Below are positions 61,231-64,000 of a stretch of DNA of 64,000 nt, in pieces (the stretch's first letter is position 1; each line of letters opens with the position of its first letter). Under the pieces are notes generated by a model. That model searched no databases, had not been told where the DNA came from, and saw nothing but the letters and a program-made list of their open reading frames with translations. The stretch spans positions 1,856,001 to 1,920,000 of the forward strand of contig CAWIKF010000002.1 of NCBI GenBank assembly GCA_963836755.1, written 5' to 3'. The stretch comes from an uncultured Verrucomicrobiae bacterium (GTDB taxonomy: Bacteria > Verrucomicrobiota > Verrucomicrobiia > Chthoniobacterales > Chthoniobacteraceae). A program made the translations under genes and the position numbers.

Positions 61231-62162
61231 GCAGCGATGCGTTCGCCTCCGGCGCACAAATAAAGGACGGCCATGCGGACGGCGAGACCGTTGGTGACTT
61301 GATCGAGGATGACGCTGCGCGCGCTGTCGGCGATGTCGCTGTCGATCTCGACGCCGCGATTGATCGGGCCGGGATGCATGATGAGCGCATCGGGCTTCAG
61401 CTTTTGCGCACGCTCGCGCGTGAGGCCGAAGAGTGCGGTGTATTCGCCGATGCCGGGAAAATATTCCTTCCGCTGGCGCTCGTGCTGGATGCGCAAAAGA
61501 TTCACGACATCGACTTCCTCGAGCACGTCGTCGATTCGGTGCGTGACTCGCACACCCATTTGTTCAAACACACGCGGAACAAGCGTGCTGGGGCCGACGA
61601 GCGTGACGCGCGCGCCGAGTTTCAACAGCGCCCAAATGTTCGAGCGGGCGACGCGGCTGAATAAAATGTCGCCGATGATCGCGATGTGCAGACCGGCGAT
61701 CTCGCCGCGCTTTTCGCGAATGGTAAAAACGTCGAGCAGCGCCTGCGTGGGATGCTCGTGCGCACCGTCGCCGGCGTTGATGATGCTCGCGCCGAGCCGG
61801 TCTGCGAGGAACTTCGGAGCGCCGGCGGAGCTGTGGCGCAGCACGATGATGTCCGCGTGATTAGCCTCGAGAATTTTTGCCGTGTCCTTGAGCGATTCGC
61901 CCTTCGTGAGGCTGGTCGTGCTGGCGGAAATATTGATGACATCGGCGCTGAGACGGATTGCTGCGATCTCGAAAGAGGTGCGCGTTCGCGTGCTGGGCTC
62001 GACGAAAAAGTTCACCAGCGTCTTGCCGCGAAGTGCGGGAACCTTTTTAATTTCGCGCACGCCGACTTGCTTAAATGCAGCGGCGGTATCGAGAATCGTA
62101 TTGATTTCGCTCGCGCTAAGCTCCTCGATTCCCAGCAGATCTTTTCGTGACCAGTCGCTCAT
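61227..62162 (-). CDS. pyrB: Aspartate carbamoyltransferase catalytic subunit
   Basis: [26 protein letters not shown]. Confidence 0.97.
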   Translation of the reverse strand: MSDWSRKDLLGIEELSASEINTILDTAAAFKQVGVREIKKVPALRGKTLVNFFVEPSTRTRTSFEIAAIRLSADVINISASTTSLTKGESLKDTAKILEANHADIIVLRHSSAGAPKFLADRLGASIINAGDGAHEHPTQALLDVFTIREKRGEIAGLHIAIIGDILFSRVARSNIWALLKLGARVTLVGPSTLVPRVFEQMGVRVTHRIDDVLEEVDVVNLLRIQHERQRKEYFPGIGEYTALFGLTRERAQKLKPDALIMHPGPINRGVEIDSDIADSARSVILDQVTNGLAVRMAVLYLCAGGERIAA

Positions 62163-62713
62163 ACGCGCTCCATCCAGACGGAATCTTCGACGCCATCCAC
62201 AGCATTAAAACGAACGTAAACACGTTGCGAAGCCGCGGTCGGTAAATTTTTCCCCACGTAATCGGCGCGAATTGGCAATTCGCGATGGCCGCGGTCGACA
62301 AGCACCGCAAACTGAATGCGCGCCGGCCGTCCGAATGAGGCGATCGCATCCATCGCGGCGCGACATGTGCGACCCGAAAATAAAACGTCGTCGACGAGAA
62401 TGATCGTGCGGCCGTCGAGCTGAAGCGGGAGTTGCGAAACCTCGACCGGCGACAACTTTTTTCGCAACCGCAGATCGTCGCGATGCATCGAGACATCGAT
62501 CATGCCGAGCTCAACCGGCGCTTTCTCGATCTGCTCAATATTTGCCGCAAGGCGGCGGGCCACCTCGACGCCGCGCGACGGAATTCCGGCGAGGGCGATT
62601 TTCGCCAGCTCTGGATTGCGCTCGATGATCTCGTGCGCGATACGGCGCAGCGCCCTGTCGATGGCAGGGGCGTCGAGGATGAGCTGCGCGGTGGGTGAGG
62701 GTGGGTTTGGCAT
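62159..62713 (-). CDS. pyrR: Bifunctional pyr regulator/uracil phosphoribosyltransferase
   Basis: [38 protein letters not shown]. Confidence 0.95.
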   Translation of the reverse strand: MPNPPSPTAQLILDAPAIDRALRRIAHEIIERNPELAKIALAGIPSRGVEVARRLAANIEQIEKAPVELGMIDVSMHRDDLRLRKKLSPVEVSQLPLQLDGRTIILVDDVLFSGRTCRAAMDAIASFGRPARIQFAVLVDRGHRELPIRADYVGKNLPTAASQRVYVRFNAVDGVEDSVWMERV

Positions 62714-62761
62714 GTCCTTCGCGATCTCGCGGGATCGCGTTAAAGGAAAGCGCGCCGGCAA

Positions 62762-62977
62762 CTAGCCGGAGTTCGCCTGTTTTTGGCGTTTGTCGCGCCA
62801 GGCGGAGCGGAATTTCACGATCCAGTCGAGGAGCGCTTTTTCGAAGCCGATATCCTGCCCGGCCTTCTCGCTTTCGAGCCACTTGTGCTTCAGGATTTCC
62901 TCCCGCTCGGCCAAAAATTCCTTATAAAGCACGGAATTCTTGACGAGATCGGAGTTCTCCGTGTTGGGAATTTCCAT
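62762..62977 (-). CDS. Small DUF4032-like protein
   Basis: EILKHKWLESEKAGQDIGFEKALLDW motif. Confidence 0.75.
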   Translation of the reverse strand: MEIPNTENSDLVKNSVLYKEFLAEREEILKHKWLESEKAGQDIGFEKALLDWIVKFRSAWRDKRQKQANSG

Positions 62978-63085
62978 TAAGGCAGTAACTTTCAAAAGAT
63001 TTGGGAATGCGTCAACACCTTTGCGTGTGTGGCGCGGCTGGCGGGGTGGGAAGAAGGAATAACGGTCGTTTAAGTTCACGTCAAT

Positions 63086-64000
63086 CTAAAGGGGAAGTGT
63101 CGCGCGCAGATGTGCCGCTACTTTTGCGAAAGCCTCGCTCGCCGCGTTGTCGCGGTCAATGGCGACGATCGGCTCACCGCGGTCGCCGGCTTCGCGGGTG
63201 GAAATGTCGATCGGGATTTGCGCGAGCAGCGGCACGCCGAGGCGCTGCGCCTCTTTTTCACCGCCGCCGCTGCCGAAAATATCGTAGCGCGTCTTGTCGC
63301 TCGGGCAGAGAAAGTAGCTCATGTTTTCGACGAGGCCCAATACGGCCACGTTGACTTTTTCGAACATCGTTGCGGCTTTGCGCGCATCGATGAGCGCGAC
63401 CTCCTGCGGTGTCGTGACGATGATTGCGCCGGCGAGTGCGACTGTCTGAACGATCGTTAACTGAATGTCGCCAGTGCCCGGCGGCAGATCGAGCACGAGA
63501 AAATCGAGTTCGCCCCATTCGACCTGACGCAAAAATTGTTGCGTGTAGCGCGTCACCATTGGTCCGCGCAAGATCGCGGGCGCGGCGTCGTCCAGCAAAA
63601 ATCCCATCGACATCAGCTTGAGACGATACCGCTCGATGGGAATGATGATGTTCTCTTCCGTAGCGTGTGGCCGCTCATCGCTGCCAAACATGAGCGCGAT
63701 GCTCGGGCCGTAAATGTCGCAATCACACAGCCCGACCCGCGCGCCGCTCTGCTCGAGCGCGAGCGCGAGATTGGCCGCGACGGTCGATTTGCCGACGCCG
63801 CCTTTGCCGCTGGCAATAGCGATGACGTGTTTGACCCCCGCGATTGCTGTTGCTCCGACGCCGGCAGCTTGGGGCGGCGCCTGCACGTCGATCAGCACAC
63901 GGACCTCGCCAATTCCCGAGAGGCTGCGCAGTGCGGCTTCGCTTTCGCTTTTGATCGACTGCGGGATCTTCGGATCGCTCGCCGCGAGCGCGAGCTGCAC
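63086..64000 (-). CDS. mrp: Mrp/ApbC Fe-S cluster carrier ATPase (5' end outside window)
   Basis: SGKGGVGKST, DIYGPS, DLPPGTGD, VTTPQ, ENMS. Confidence 0.95.
   Translation of the reverse strand: MQLALAASDPKIPQSIKSESEAALRSLSGIGEVRVLIDVQAPPQAAGVGATAIAGVKHVIAIASGKGGVGKSTVAANLALALEQSGARVGLCDCDIYGPSIALMFGSDERPHATEENIIIPIERYRLKLMSMGFLLDDAAPAILRGPMVTRYTQQFLRQVEWGELDFLVLDLPPGTGDIQLTIVQTVALAGAIIVTTPQEVALIDARKAATMFEKVNVAVLGLVENMSYFLCPSDKTRYDIFGSGGGEKEAQRLGVPLLAQIPIDISTREAGDRGEPIVAIDRDNAASEAFAKVAAHLRATLPL

Overview
High-GC bacterial chromosomal segment, most likely Verrucomicrobiota (Chthoniobacterales-like; inferred from a PEP-CTERM protein with autotransporter-type beta repeats, PVC-type hypothetical proteins and gene content). 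It is mostly housekeeping: groEL 3' end, infA, an RRM protein, FTR1 iron permease, glgA, ptsN-like, argS, trxA, FKBP, mlaFED-like, an Opp/Dpp ABC transporter, accD, comF, bioA, rsmB, queFCED, pilC plus a pilin, pyrG, phoH-7TM/HD-ybeY-clpS, heptose/Kdo genes, a hybrid histidine kinase, hisS, recF, pyrRBC, mrp, tRNA-fMet and tRNA-Lys. There are two small accessory islets (32.6-34.4 kb and 46.9-54.6 kb). The most unusual signal is three intergenic arrays of about 12 degenerate 21-bp units with palindromic cores (380-640, 6835-7086, 47758-48008). They have different consensus sequences but the same period and length, and the third sits upstream of an uncharacterised gene with a perfect operator-like palindrome. 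Other notable items are an alkaline-phosphatase-fold protein lacking most metal ligands, a minimal ~135-aa kinase overlapping a PP2C phosphatase gene, and a deoxyhypusine-synthase-like gene heading the heptose/Kdo operon. No CRISPR array, rRNA, integrase or transposase was recognised. All calls are by eye from motifs; no database searches were run.
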